32,067 nt of DNA from NCBI RefSeq assembly GCF_006345805.1, contig NW_021824150.1, forward strand, positions 1 to 32,067, written 5' to 3'. The notes beneath the pieces were generated by a model. The model did not search any database and was not told the DNA's origin. It was given only the letters and a program-made list of their open reading frames with translations. Below are positions 1 through 9,885 of this stretch, one piece after another. The translations under genes were made by a program, and so were the position numbers. Source of the DNA: Octopus sinensis. Its lineage: Eukaryota. Each line of letters begins with the position of its first letter. Within the stretch, counting starts at the first letter, position 1.

Positions 1-236
1 AACATAGCCATAGCCATCTTATAATACTCCTAACACATATATAGAAGTTAAGGTGTGGTGCATTGATACATGTGTGCAAAAAGGCTCTCAAATAATTAAA
101 TTTTCCCATTTAGTCATTGAAAGGAGCTAAAACCCTAGATCGACGCTCTTTGAGAGTATCAAAGGAAGGGGAACATAATTCTAAGACACTACATAAGTTA
201 ATTATATATATAGTATATATATATATATATTATATA

Positions 237-395
237 GTTCAAATTTACAGAAAATGTAAGACAGGTGTAGGAGTAACAAACAGGTGTATTAGTTTAAAAG
301 CTTGGTTAGAATAGAAAAGTCATGAACGTTTCGAGCGTACGCTCTTCGACAGAAAGGATTAAAGCAAAAGAAAAAGAGGGCAGAGAATGTTAGCC
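237..395 (-). mobile_element. Short Penelope-like (PLE) terminal remnant with a degenerate hammerhead-like motif
   Basis: Abuts an (AT)n tract (about 206-236). Minus strand of 325-352 reads CUGUCGA-A-GAGC-GUAC-GCUC-GAAACGUU, the layout of minimal PLE hammerheads, with A6>U in the core and no stem I. The PLE assignment and the right boundary are inferred. Confidence 0.4.
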
Positions 396-441
396 GTACT
401 CTCTCTCACCCATCTTTACTTCTAAGAAGAAATTGATATTA

Positions 442-565
442 GTCTGGCATTCTCCTTCGACCTGTCCAGCTCTGGAGACCTTACTAGGAGCTTTTGCTCC
501 GCTGTCTAGCTTCCAGGGTCATAAGACAGGGAAGACACCCACGATACAAGGACTAGATTCTGTGG
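442..565 (+). mobile_element. Degenerate 3' end of an RTE-clade LINE or RTE-tailed SINE
   Basis: CGACCTGTCCAGCTCTGGAGACCTTACTAGGAGC...TAGCTTCCAGGGTCAT...CACCCACGATACAAGG resembles, from memory, the conserved 3' UTR of RTE/Expander-like elements. No second copy in the window. Confidence 0.4.
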
Positions 566-706
566 TGAACCTTATAATCTAGGAGTCGATATTCTAATCT
601 TCTTTAAATTCACTAATTACCGCATAACTCTGATGAATCAATTATTTCGTTATTTCTACTGACATATTTCCTTTTCATTTTTTTTATAATCTGTCACCAC
701 ATTCAG

Positions 707-1671
707 AGAATGATGCAACACACCCATACCTTTTCTTCTTTTATATAAACGTTTATGGTAGCTTCACAACTACATCTGGACGACATATTTCAAGAGAACT
801 TTTTAAGATAAGCGAGATATATTTTGACTGTCAAGCCATGGACATTTTACTAAATTTGCTTACCGTATTCCGATGATGTACATAAACAGCTGAAGATGAA
901 GACACCCTCAATATCTGTTAATAAATTGTAGAAAACAGTAATTTCACGTTACTGAGGGTTAGCTTTATATTGTTGGTATTAAAACACGAAGTCATTTACC
1001 CGAACTTAGATTCTGATTGTTAACCTGTATCACATCATAAAACACTGCCGGTTGCTCTACCTCCTTAAGATGGACTCAACTTCATTGAAGCAGAATGAAG
1101 CAGAAATTGGTGAGTTTGTATTTGCTGGAAATGCTTCAGGTTCCGAATATAGTTTGTTTTCATTCTTTTCATTTCAGACAAGAAAATTAGAGACAGAGAA
1201 CTGTCAGGAGATAAAGCAGAGTTTCTCACTTTCCGTCTCAAAGTAAGTCACTTCCTTGAAGAAAATATAGCTGTGAGTTACTAAAGAAAGAGAAATTTTG
1301 ATTTAACAGTTTATTTCAAAGTGAATGGCTTTCTCTGTTATTGTCACGACATTAATAAATATTTTGCAAGTTTCTCTGAAAGGCATGATGGAAGTGAATG
1401 GTAACTTTATATAGATTCCTCACTGTGAAGCTTAAAAGCTGTTTTATTGCGTAATGGAAATTTTAAACCATCTCTCCCCACTGTTTATCAAGTACATTTA
1501 AAAGAAGAATCTTATGTTAACATGATGATGCGTTTTAATGTAACTGAAAACAACATTCGAAGATAAAATCTTTGTAGAGATCTTATAGCAATAGGTGTTA
1601 AAGGGCAATGCAACAGGGATTTCCCCAAGTGGTGCTGCTTTCTAGGTCTGGCGGACAGTTTGGCTTTTATA
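707..1671 (+). pseudogene. Fossil Chapaev3-like (CMC superfamily) DNA-transposon transposase, N-terminal and central part
   Basis: One frame from 1180 to 1671 (four in-frame stops, no frameshift) reads IRDRELSGDKAEFLTFRLK...YCHDIN...HDGSEW*LYIDSSL*SLKAVLLRNGNFKPSLP...HLKEESYVNM...LCRDL...KWCCFLGLADS. This follows the Chapaev3-type motifs RDLxLSKxKAELLxSRLK, WRLFIDSSxxSLKAVLLHNGN and KYCCFLCxWDS. Upstream fragments HPYLFFFYINVYGSFTT, EIYFDC and KHEVIYPNLDS...PVSHHKTLPVALPP match the N-terminal region. Confidence 0.85.
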
Positions 1672-1870
1672 CTGGTTTCAAATTTAGGCACAACGCTAGC
1701 CATATCGAGGGAGGGGGTTAGTCGATTACATCTAACCCAGTGTTCAAATAGTTCCTAATTTATCGACCCGAAAGGATGGACGGCAAAGTCGACCCGAGCG
1801 GAATTTAAAATCATATCGTAAAGACGAATTAAAACCTGCTAAGTATTTTACCTGATGTACTAACGATTCG
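1672..1870 (-). mobile_element. tRNA-derived SINE, family A, diverged copy lacking the first part of the head
   Basis: Contains TTTATCGACCCGAAAGGATG..GGCAAAGTCGACC core shared with the copies at 1871-2083, 22537-22749 and 28237-29294. Confidence 0.8.
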
Positions 1871-2083
1871 TTTCTACTCTAGGCACAAGGCCCGAAATTT
1901 TGGAGGAGGGGGCCAGTCTATTAGATCGAACCCAGTACGCAACTGGTACTTAATTTATCGACCCCGAAAGAATGAAAAGTAAAGGCGACCTCGGCGGAAT
2001 TTGAGCTCAGAACGTAAAGACAGACGAAATACCGCAAAAATTTCGCCTGGCGTGCTAACAATTCTGTCAGCAACCCGCCCTAA
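1871..2083 (-). mobile_element. tRNA-derived SINE, family A, full length
   Basis: Reverse complement aligns end to end with the plus-strand copy at 22537-22749 (head AAGGCGGCGAGCTGGCAGAA, B box GAGTTCAAATTCC, tail CCTTGTGCCTAGAGTAGAAA). Confidence 0.92.
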
Positions 2084-2100
2084 GCCGTGCTTTTATAGTA

Positions 2101-2152
2101 TTACTCTTTTTCTCTTTTACTCTTCTACTTACCACACAGCCACTCCGACGCC
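2101..2152 (-). mobile_element. SINE family B, internally deleted 52-bp derivative (extreme head fused to tail)
   Basis: TACTCTTTT..CTCTTTTACT (tail of the 2831-3249 copy) is joined directly to CTACTTACCACACAGCCACTCC..CGCCT (its head). Flanked by TATAGT at 2094-2099 and 2153-2158. Confidence 0.7.
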
Positions 2153-2189
2153 TATAGTTATAGTCAACCGAGCCTTCATGCATTTCTGA

Positions 2190-2690
2190 ATTAAATAACA
2201 TTTAATTGGTGTTTTTTTTCGCTAATCCAAAGAAAATACTTCCTACTAAGATTGTTTCAATGAAGATCTTATTAGTAAAATATTTCAAAAAGATTTCTCT
2301 CTAAATATTTCTAAAATTAAATACAAAAATTTAAGAGGCATTTTTTTTTTCTTTTATCCGGTCTCAATTCCAGGAATCATTAAAAGACTGATAAAACATT
2401 AACAGCACCTGAGCTAAAAGCTTGGTATATCTTAAAAAGGGCCCATGTAAGCTTTGAGGGAAATTAGAGGTCTCAGCTGAGAAATGAACCGAAGCTCTAG
2501 ATGATGTAGGCTATCACATACATCCTAAGTTATATCTCTTACATTCACGCCAAAGACTTCTTCACCGAAAATCTTGGCAGATTTAATGATGAGGAACAAG
2601 ATGGTCTGTACCAGGATATTAAATGTTTAGAGATTCTCTATTAGGATTCTGGAATGAAAACATGATGCCAGCCTAGAGTTGGGTGTTATG
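2190..2690 (+). pseudogene. Fossil Chapaev3-like transposase, C-terminal part
   Basis: Frameshifted fragments NPKKILP (2224-2244), KTLTAPELKAW (2393-2425), KLYLLHS, DFFTENLGRFNDEEQDGLYQDIK (from 2555) and FWNENMM..*SW (from 2647) occur in the expected order. They match DPKKILLPPLHIK, LxxxExxAW, KLHFLHSHLDFFPENLGxVSDEHGERFHQDI and GxWxxxMMADYCW. Confidence 0.85.
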
Positions 2691-2740
2691 ATATCTTCAA
2701 GATGTTAATCAATTTAGAAGAAAAAAATTATAACACAGTT

Positions 2741-2795
2741 AAGGTGGCGACCTGGCAGAATTGTAAGCACGCCGGGCAAAATGCGTACCCGTATT
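2741..2795 (+). mobile_element. SINE family A, 5' head fragment
   Basis: AAGGTGGCGACCTGGCAGAATTGTAAGCACGCCGGGCAAAATGCG matches the start of the 22537 copy. Confidence 0.8.
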
Positions 2796-2830
2796 AATGA
2801 AATCTACCCCAGTATTTAAATGCTACAATA

Positions 2831-3044
2831 CTCTTTTACTCTTTTACTTGTTTCAGTCATTGACTGCGGCCATACTGACGGAGGCCCACTTTAGATAGAC
2901 GACAATCGACCCCGGGACTTATTCTTTGTAAGCCCAGTACTTATTCTATCGTGTCTCTTTTGCCGAACCGCGAAGTGACGGGACGTAAATACACCACCAT
3001 CGGTTGTCAAGCGATGTTATGAGAACAAACACAGACACACAAAG

Positions 3045-3077
<33 letters not shown>

Positions 3078-3249
3078 CATATATACGACGGGCTTCTTTC
3101 AGTTTCCGTCTACCAAATCCACTCACAAGGCATTGGTCGGCTCGGGGCTATAGCAGAAGACACTTGCCCAAGATGCCACGCAGTGGGACTGAACCCGGAA
3201 CCATGTGGCTGGTTAGCAAGCTACTTACCACACAGCCACTCCTGCGCCT
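2831..3249 (-). mobile_element. tRNA-derived SINE, family B, full length with internal CA/TA microsatellite
   Basis: On the minus strand: A box TGGCTGTGTGGTAAG (3224-3238), B box GGTTCAGTCCC (3185-3195), GGCATCTTGGGCAAGTGTCTT box, and (AGTAAAAG)n-type tail. Direct repeat CTACAATA at 2823-2830 and 3248-3255 is a TSD candidate. Collinear with the copy at 19070-19720. Confidence 0.93.
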
Positions 3250-3699
3250 ACAATATTTATTTATCGGCCAAAAAAAGCAAAACATGAAGAACCCACCTCG
3301 TTGAAATTCGAACACAGGACACAGATGAACATCGTAAGACATCTTATACACGAACAGTATCGGCAATGAAATCTGCTGTCTTCGGATGAGTTTCTGTTTT
3401 ATTTATTCGTTTCCGGGAAATTCATGTTCAATTGACAAAGCAACATCTGTTAGAAAAGTCCATTGACAAGAATAACCAGGAGTAAATAACATTTCTGTAG
3501 CACGGAGCTAATTACATTAGCATTTCATTTATTCAGCTTATAATCGTTTCTTTGCTCATTCTTCTTTCATCTCGCTAAATCTGCGGAGAGTGAGTAATTT
3601 CTCACTAGTCTTTAATCATTTATCATTAATCCCTAAGCCTGTCTTCTTCTTTTACATGTACGTTTGCATGTGTTAATATAGACACACGTTCACGTGCGA

Positions 3700-3887
3700 G
3701 CGCGCCGCAAATACACGCACATACACACATACACACACGTGTGTGTCTATATATATATATATATACACGCACCCACTTCTATAAAGATTTAACATATATA
3801 TGTGTGTGTGTCTATACACACACACACACACTCCCCTACATACGTTTAACATGCATATACATCTATATTAAAATGCATATATTCATG

Positions 3888-3960
<73 letters not shown>

Positions 3961-4652
3961 ACACACATAACATATACATATAAATTATATTTATCCATAT
4001 ATAAAATAAAATGTGTGTATTTTATTTAGCGAAGGGGAAAAGCGAGATATACACTCATAAATACATATGCTGTACATAAATATATATGTTTGTATGTGTG
4101 TGTATGTATATGTGTATATATGCATGTGTGTATGTATGTATGGATGTATGTATAATCTGTAATGTAATCTCTGGCATCTTTGATTAAACTAGGGTGTGCG
4201 TGTTACAAGATTATATGTATATATAAATTTGCTCACATATCAATGTATATGTGCGTGTATGTGTGTGTATATATTTGTGTGTGCACGTGAATGTGTATGT
4301 GTGTATGTATTTATGTTCGTTTGTACATGTACATATATATGTGTGTATGTTTGCATCATTTTTAATTAATTGTGTGGAAAGTTGCGGGCGTGATAATCTG
4401 TGCATGGGAATAGAAAATGCCGTGTTGTGCATGCGTATATGGTGTATATATATAGGTTTATATATTGTGGATACTCAGTACTAAATATAAGTGAAGATTT
4501 CTGCAAAAATGAATTGCGTCATATACATACATACATCGATACATAGACACATACGTACGTATGTATATAAGTACATACATACGTGCATAAATATGCCTCT
4601 GTGTGTGTGTGTGTGTGTTTGTATGTGTGTGTGTGTGTGTTGTTTGTCTGTG

Positions 4653-4686
<34 letters not shown>

Positions 4687-4715
4687 ATATATAATCTATA
4701 TATTATATATATATA
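3700..4715. repeat. Compound (CA)n/(TA)n/(TG)n/(TATG)n microsatellite field
   Basis: Directly visible, including a near-pure (TA)n run at about 3897-3948. Short unique spacers are interspersed. Confidence 0.9.
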
Positions 4716-5148
4716 ATCAGTTTTATTTCAAGATCCCTTGACAGTAGAGTAAGACTGGTTTCTAACCGTGATCCAAGGCCCTTCATTGGAATTTTCACCA
4801 ACAATCAATAGCGTATATCCATATTTTGTCAATGCTTTCTATTTTTTTTTTCCAGTTTATATATTTTTATATATTAAGTCTAATCGTGTTTATCTGCTCC
4901 ACTATACACACACATATAAGCTTACACCTATATATATATATGTATGTATATATTATGTAAATATATGCATGTGTGCTCGAAATGAGGAGTAAACAGACAG
5001 CCGACAACTGATGAAGGGTCGTTCTCTGTGTTACTTGTCCTGTTTTCCATTTTTTCTCTCGTTCTTTACGTATTTAACTCGTTTGTTTTTGTACTTCATG
5101 TTGTTTACACAGTTGGTGACGTCCTGTACCCATATATGTATATATATG

Positions 5149-5480
5149 AAGGCGTATGGCTCAGTACTTAGAGCATCGAGCTTACGATCGTGGGGTTGTG
5201 AGTTCGAATCCCGGACCAGGCTGCGTGTTGTGTTCTTGAGCAAGACACTTTATTTCACGTTGCTCCAGTTCACTCAGCTGTAGAAATGAGTTGCGACGTC
5301 ACAAGTACCAAGCTGTATCGGCACCTTTGCCTTTTCCCTTGAATAACACTGGTGGCGTGGAGAGGGGAGGCCGGTATGCATGGGCGACTGCTGGTCTTCC
5401 ATAAACAACCTTGCCCGGACTTGTGCCTGGGAGAGTAACTTCTAGGTGCAATCCCATGTCAATCATGACCGAAGGGGTCT
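5149..5480 (+). mobile_element. tRNA-derived SINE, family C, full length
   Basis: tRNA-like head with A box TGGCTCAGTACTTAG and B box GAGTTCGAATCCC (5200-5212), then GTGTTCTTGAGCAAGACACTTTATTTCAC box and a long non-tRNA body. The 5' half is shared with 9886-10030 and 19721-19798. Confidence 0.88.
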
Positions 5481-5484
5481 CAGC

Positions 5485-5660
5485 ATGTGTGCATACATAT
5501 ATATATATATATACATCCTTATTATATATATATATATATATATCTATATATATATATATATAATAAGTATATTATATGTGTTTGTGGTGTGTTTTGTGTG
5601 TTGGGTGTGTGTGTGTGTGTGTGTGTTGTGTGGTGTGTGCGTATACCTATGTGGTATGTG
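5485..5660. repeat. (TA)n plus (TG)n microsatellite
   Basis: Directly visible. Confidence 0.9.
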
Positions 5661-6534
5661 AGTATGAATGTCCTAAAACGGCCTCGTTTCCATAGAGCCA
5701 GTGCTTACCTTTTATTCTTATCCTTCTCCTGTTTTCGATTTTCTCCTTATTTTATTATTTCGCTTCTGAACATTTGGTAAATCTTGGTCGTCGTCTGCAG
5801 AGCTAAAACGGGAAGCAACATCAATAATAACCGAGTTGACAAACACTAACTTAACACACATACATAACTTCATAAAAACGAGAGCCGACAACGTCTCGAC
5901 CGCGTATGTAATACAATATAATATTATTGCTGTAAAGTACTCAACATCACAACAGATCTATCATCAAAACGATTCTATTTGTTGACGGTGTCGTTTTGTC
6001 TGTAGTTGGCTCTCGTTGTTGGTTGTCGTCTGCCGGTAGGGGTGGTTGTCGGCTGGCGGAAGATCTTTCATAGTGGAACATCTAGTAGAACAAAAACAAA
6101 AAAAAAAAAAAATTCCTGTCCAACCAAAGCTAAGTCTCTCACGAAATATTTAATGAAACAAAACCATTTTACGCCATTCGCTTTTCCTGTTCCCAAAAGT
6201 AATTTTCTCGACTGAAAAAGCTGATAAAGAGACGAGAGTTTGGATGGTAGATTCTTGTTTAAAATAACATTCTACTCGTCGGCATTATCGCCGTTATCAC
6301 TTGTAATGCTGACAATAGAACCAGGTGACGTGTTACCAGTTCTGTAAATATTGAAACTGACACAAATTCTCTCTTGTTTTCCTGATTCTACGTTTGCTAA
6401 CTTGATTACTTTCAGATAGCAATCGGAAATATGTTCAAAAGGGACCATCACTCAGACACGACCGCCGTTTGCTTTTCTTTCGCTTTGATTTCGTTCGATT
6501 TTGGTTTTGAGACAATCAGACGATTATTTATCTT

Positions 6535-6724
6535 ATTGTTGTTGTTGTTGTTGCTGTTGTTTTTAGTGGTAGTGGTGGTGGTGGCGGCGGCGGCGGCGGT
6601 GGTAGTGGCGTTGGGGATTTCGGTGGTTGTGGTTCTGGCAGAAGTGGAGTTATCAGTGGTTGCGGTCGTGGCGGTGGAAGTGATGGCGGCGGTTGCGGTG
6701 GCGGTGTTGTTGTTGTTGTTGCTG

Positions 6725-6756
<32 letters not shown>

Positions 6757-7330
6757 GGTGGTTATTGCGGTGCTGGAGGTTGCAATGGTGATGGAAAGTA
6801 AAAATATTGATTCTGACGATGTTAATGATGATGATGACGTCGATGGTGCTTGAGTCGAGGATGATGATGATGATGACGACGATGATGATGATAATGGTGA
6901 TGATGACGATGAGGATGATAATGATGATCATTATGATGATGATGATGATGATGATGATGACAGCAGTATAATGGTGGTAGCAGTGCTAAAAGGGTTGGCT
7001 GTGGTTGTGGTGGTGGTGGTGTTGGAGGGCGTGATAGAGACCGTGATAGAGTGGTGGTGGTGGCGGTGGGAAATGTTAATTTTCGTGGTTTATTGCCAAA
7101 CTGTTGCTGTTGATTGTAATCACGATGGTGTTCGAAATGTACTTACTCTGCTGGTTACCACAGGAATAATATGATGATGATGATGATGATGATGACGACG
7201 ACGACGACGATGATGACGATGATGACTGATGATGACGATGTATGATGGGCGGTGATGATTGATGGATGATGATGATGATGATGATGTGATAATGATGATG
7301 ATGATGAATGATGATGGTTTATGATGATGA

Positions 7331-7386
<56 letters not shown>

Positions 7387-7396
7387 GATGATGATG
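6535..7396. repeat. Compound trinucleotide field (TTG/GGT/GCG/GAT) with unique trinucleotide-phased spacers
   Basis: Directly visible. Explains the poly-L/V/I/H/S/Q ORFs in the track. Confidence 0.9.
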
Positions 7397-7539
7397 TTTG
7401 GTGGTGGCGCTGGTTGTGGTTGCTTTTTGTGTTAGAACTGCAACGATGGTTGTAACAAGGGTTGAGGTGACAGAAGTAAATTTCCCAAACTTTATACAAA
7501 CGCAACGAAACACAAATGTTACGCACCACTTTCAACATT

Positions 7540-7701
7540 CACACACACACACAAACGCACTCACACGTTCACACACACGCATACAATCACATACACATAG
7601 ATTCGCAAACGTGTATGCATATGTCATTTGCTATATAACTGTTTGTGTGTATGCCTGTGTATATCTAATCGTTTTTGACAACTAGTGTTTATATCTAGGT
7701 A

Positions 7702-7732
<31 letters not shown>

Positions 7733-7803
7733 TTACAGATACAGGAATCTAGTTTTGGGTGTTTCTGTGGGATATACGTATTTACATACATACACACACA
7801 CAC

Positions 7804-7853
<50 letters not shown>

Positions 7854-8058
7854 CTATCTATCTATCTATATATATATATGTGTGTGTGCATGTGTATACA
7901 TATGAGCTACAGCTATGTGTCAGAGTGCTCATGTAAACGTAATTATAATTAGAAAATGTTTATGCAATATGTGCTTCTTTCTCCCTAAGTATTACTCTAT
8001 TTATTCCCCCCACCCCCCTCTCTCTCTCTCTTTCTATCACTCCCCGATATATATATAT

Positions 8059-8092
<34 letters not shown>

Positions 8093-8162
8093 TATGTATG
8101 TATGTATATATATCTGCGTATGCACATGTACACATAAGAGCACACAAACACGCATATATGTA

Positions 8163-8222
<60 letters not shown>

Positions 8223-8680
8223 GTACATATATGTACGTATGTGTTCTTTTGAAGCACATACATGGACGGCACAGACGCTTGTATCTAAATGCATATATGT
8301 ACACACTCACACACATATATATGTGTGTGTGTAATTGTACGTAGACACACACATTCACACGTATGTATGTACGTATGTATGTACGTATGTATGTACGTAT
8401 GTATGTATGTATGTATGTATGTATGTATGTATGTATTATGTATGTATGTACCCATGCCCATACGCAATATGTAAAGTTAGAAATTGTACGTGTAGAATAA
8501 TATTGAAAGATCAGTTTTGTAGACAAGGTAACACAGAACCTTGCTATATTTAACTACGTACGGGATTTGAACAAGTTATATATATATGAAAGACATTTTA
8601 AATGAAAAGTTTCGGCAGTACACACCAACACAGAAACACGCATCCAAATATATACATACATACATACATACATACAAACA

Positions 8681-8712
<32 letters not shown>

Positions 8713-8860
8713 AACATACATACATACATATAAACATACATACATACATACATACATATAAACATACATACATACATAACATACATACATATATACATAC
8801 ATACATACATACATATATATATATATATACATACACATAGATACATACATATACATGCCT
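7540..8860. repeat. Compound (CA)/(TA)/(TG)/(TATG)n/(CATA)n microsatellite field
   Basis: Directly visible: (TATG)n at about 8362-8450 and (CATA)n at about 8653-8860. Confidence 0.9.
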
Positions 8861-9063
8861 ATATATGTTTTACACTAACCTACAGAGGCTTCCCATACAT
8901 ACGAAGTTGAAATTATACTTAAAGACACACGGATACTTTTGTTTAAGCACTTTTATATAAACATACGCGGAAAGATATTTATTAAGAGTATACATTCGCT
9001 GTGTTTATAATCGATCATGTTGTGAACAAACAAGAATGAATTACAATACAATATAATATATAT

Positions 9064-9102
<39 letters not shown>

Positions 9103-9209
9103 GTATGTGCGTATGTATAAACATACAAATGTGATGAATAGATATAGACGAAAGATTACGTTCGAGTACGCATACACATAGGAGCGCCATTACACGTAAG
9201 TATATATAT

Positions 9210-9255
<46 letters not shown>

Positions 9256-9289
9256 CTTCTGCTTCTGTCGACTTTCAGGCGGCGCGCTG

Positions 9290-9334
9290 ACAGACGTTTC
9301 GTGTAAGCCTTTAATTATAAGATTTACTCAGTGT
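9290..9334 (-). ncRNA. Degenerate minimal hammerhead-like motif, probably inactive
   Basis: Minus strand ACA-CUGA-[GUAAAUCUUAUAAUUAAAGGCUUACAC]-GAA-ACGU-C-UGU has a 3-bp stem I, palindromic ACGU and a GUC site. The NGA part of the core is missing and stem II is imperfect. Lies about 45 nt from an (AT)n tract. Confidence 0.35.
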
Positions 9335-9627
9335 TGGTCTGTGATTATATCTTTCAGTTCTTCTGACATTGCGAGTCGCTGCAGCTTAAATGAATTGAGA
9401 GATCATTGCATTTTACCCTCTCGTCCGTCCTTAACGTGCAATCAATGCTAACATTATGGCGGGCATTCACAGCCTCGAAGAATCCTCACGCCTCGAAGAA
9501 TCTCGATTGTTTTCAGATCAGGAAGTAGTTTGTTAAATTCCTAGTTACGTCCAAAGTGAGTTTTGCGAAAGCTGTTTCAGGACTCGTGAAGTATGTTTGC
9601 CACTTAAATGTGGCTAACCCTTAAGAC

Positions 9628-9752
9628 TGGATGCTACTGTAGCTTGTAGACCCAGGAGGACACCTCCTCCAGTTGGCTATTGACATACTTTCTGTGCCCT
9701 ATCAGTATTTGCAAAAGGATGCCGTCCGGGCTACAAGCTACAGTAGCATCCA
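9628..9752. repeat. 22-bp perfect inverted repeat with 81-bp spacer (MITE-like)
   Basis: TGGATGCTACTGTAGCTTGTAG (9628-9649) is the exact reverse complement of CTACAAGCTACAGTAGCATCCA (9731-9752). Confidence 0.85.
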
Positions 9753-9885
9753 CCCTTTGAGGCTTTCATATTACAAACGTTTCCCCTTCTCGGGTGGACG
9801 TTCCTTCGTTGGGTCATTTGTTTTAACGTAGAAATCAAGTGCATCTTCCTCCTTCTCTTTAGAGCAGTTCTTCTCATTAACTCAT

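Noticed and set aside
1052-1246. ORF, or two-exon host gene fragment with strong splice sites
   Set aside because: The peptide IRDRELSGDKAEFLTFRLK and everything around it are collinear with a Chapaev3-like transposase whose frame continues through the apparent donor. It is TE-derived, not a host gene.
3536-3589. Possible small exon (TTTATTCAG...AGA|GTGAGT, AYNRFFAHSSFISLNLRR)
   Set aside because: Short, with no recognisable protein and no linked exon. Compatible with chance.
5151-5222. tRNA gene (A and B boxes present)
   Set aside because: I could not form a clean acceptor stem or cloverleaf, and the sequence runs straight into a SINE body of more than 250 bp. It is a SINE head; the same applies to 9886 and 15333.
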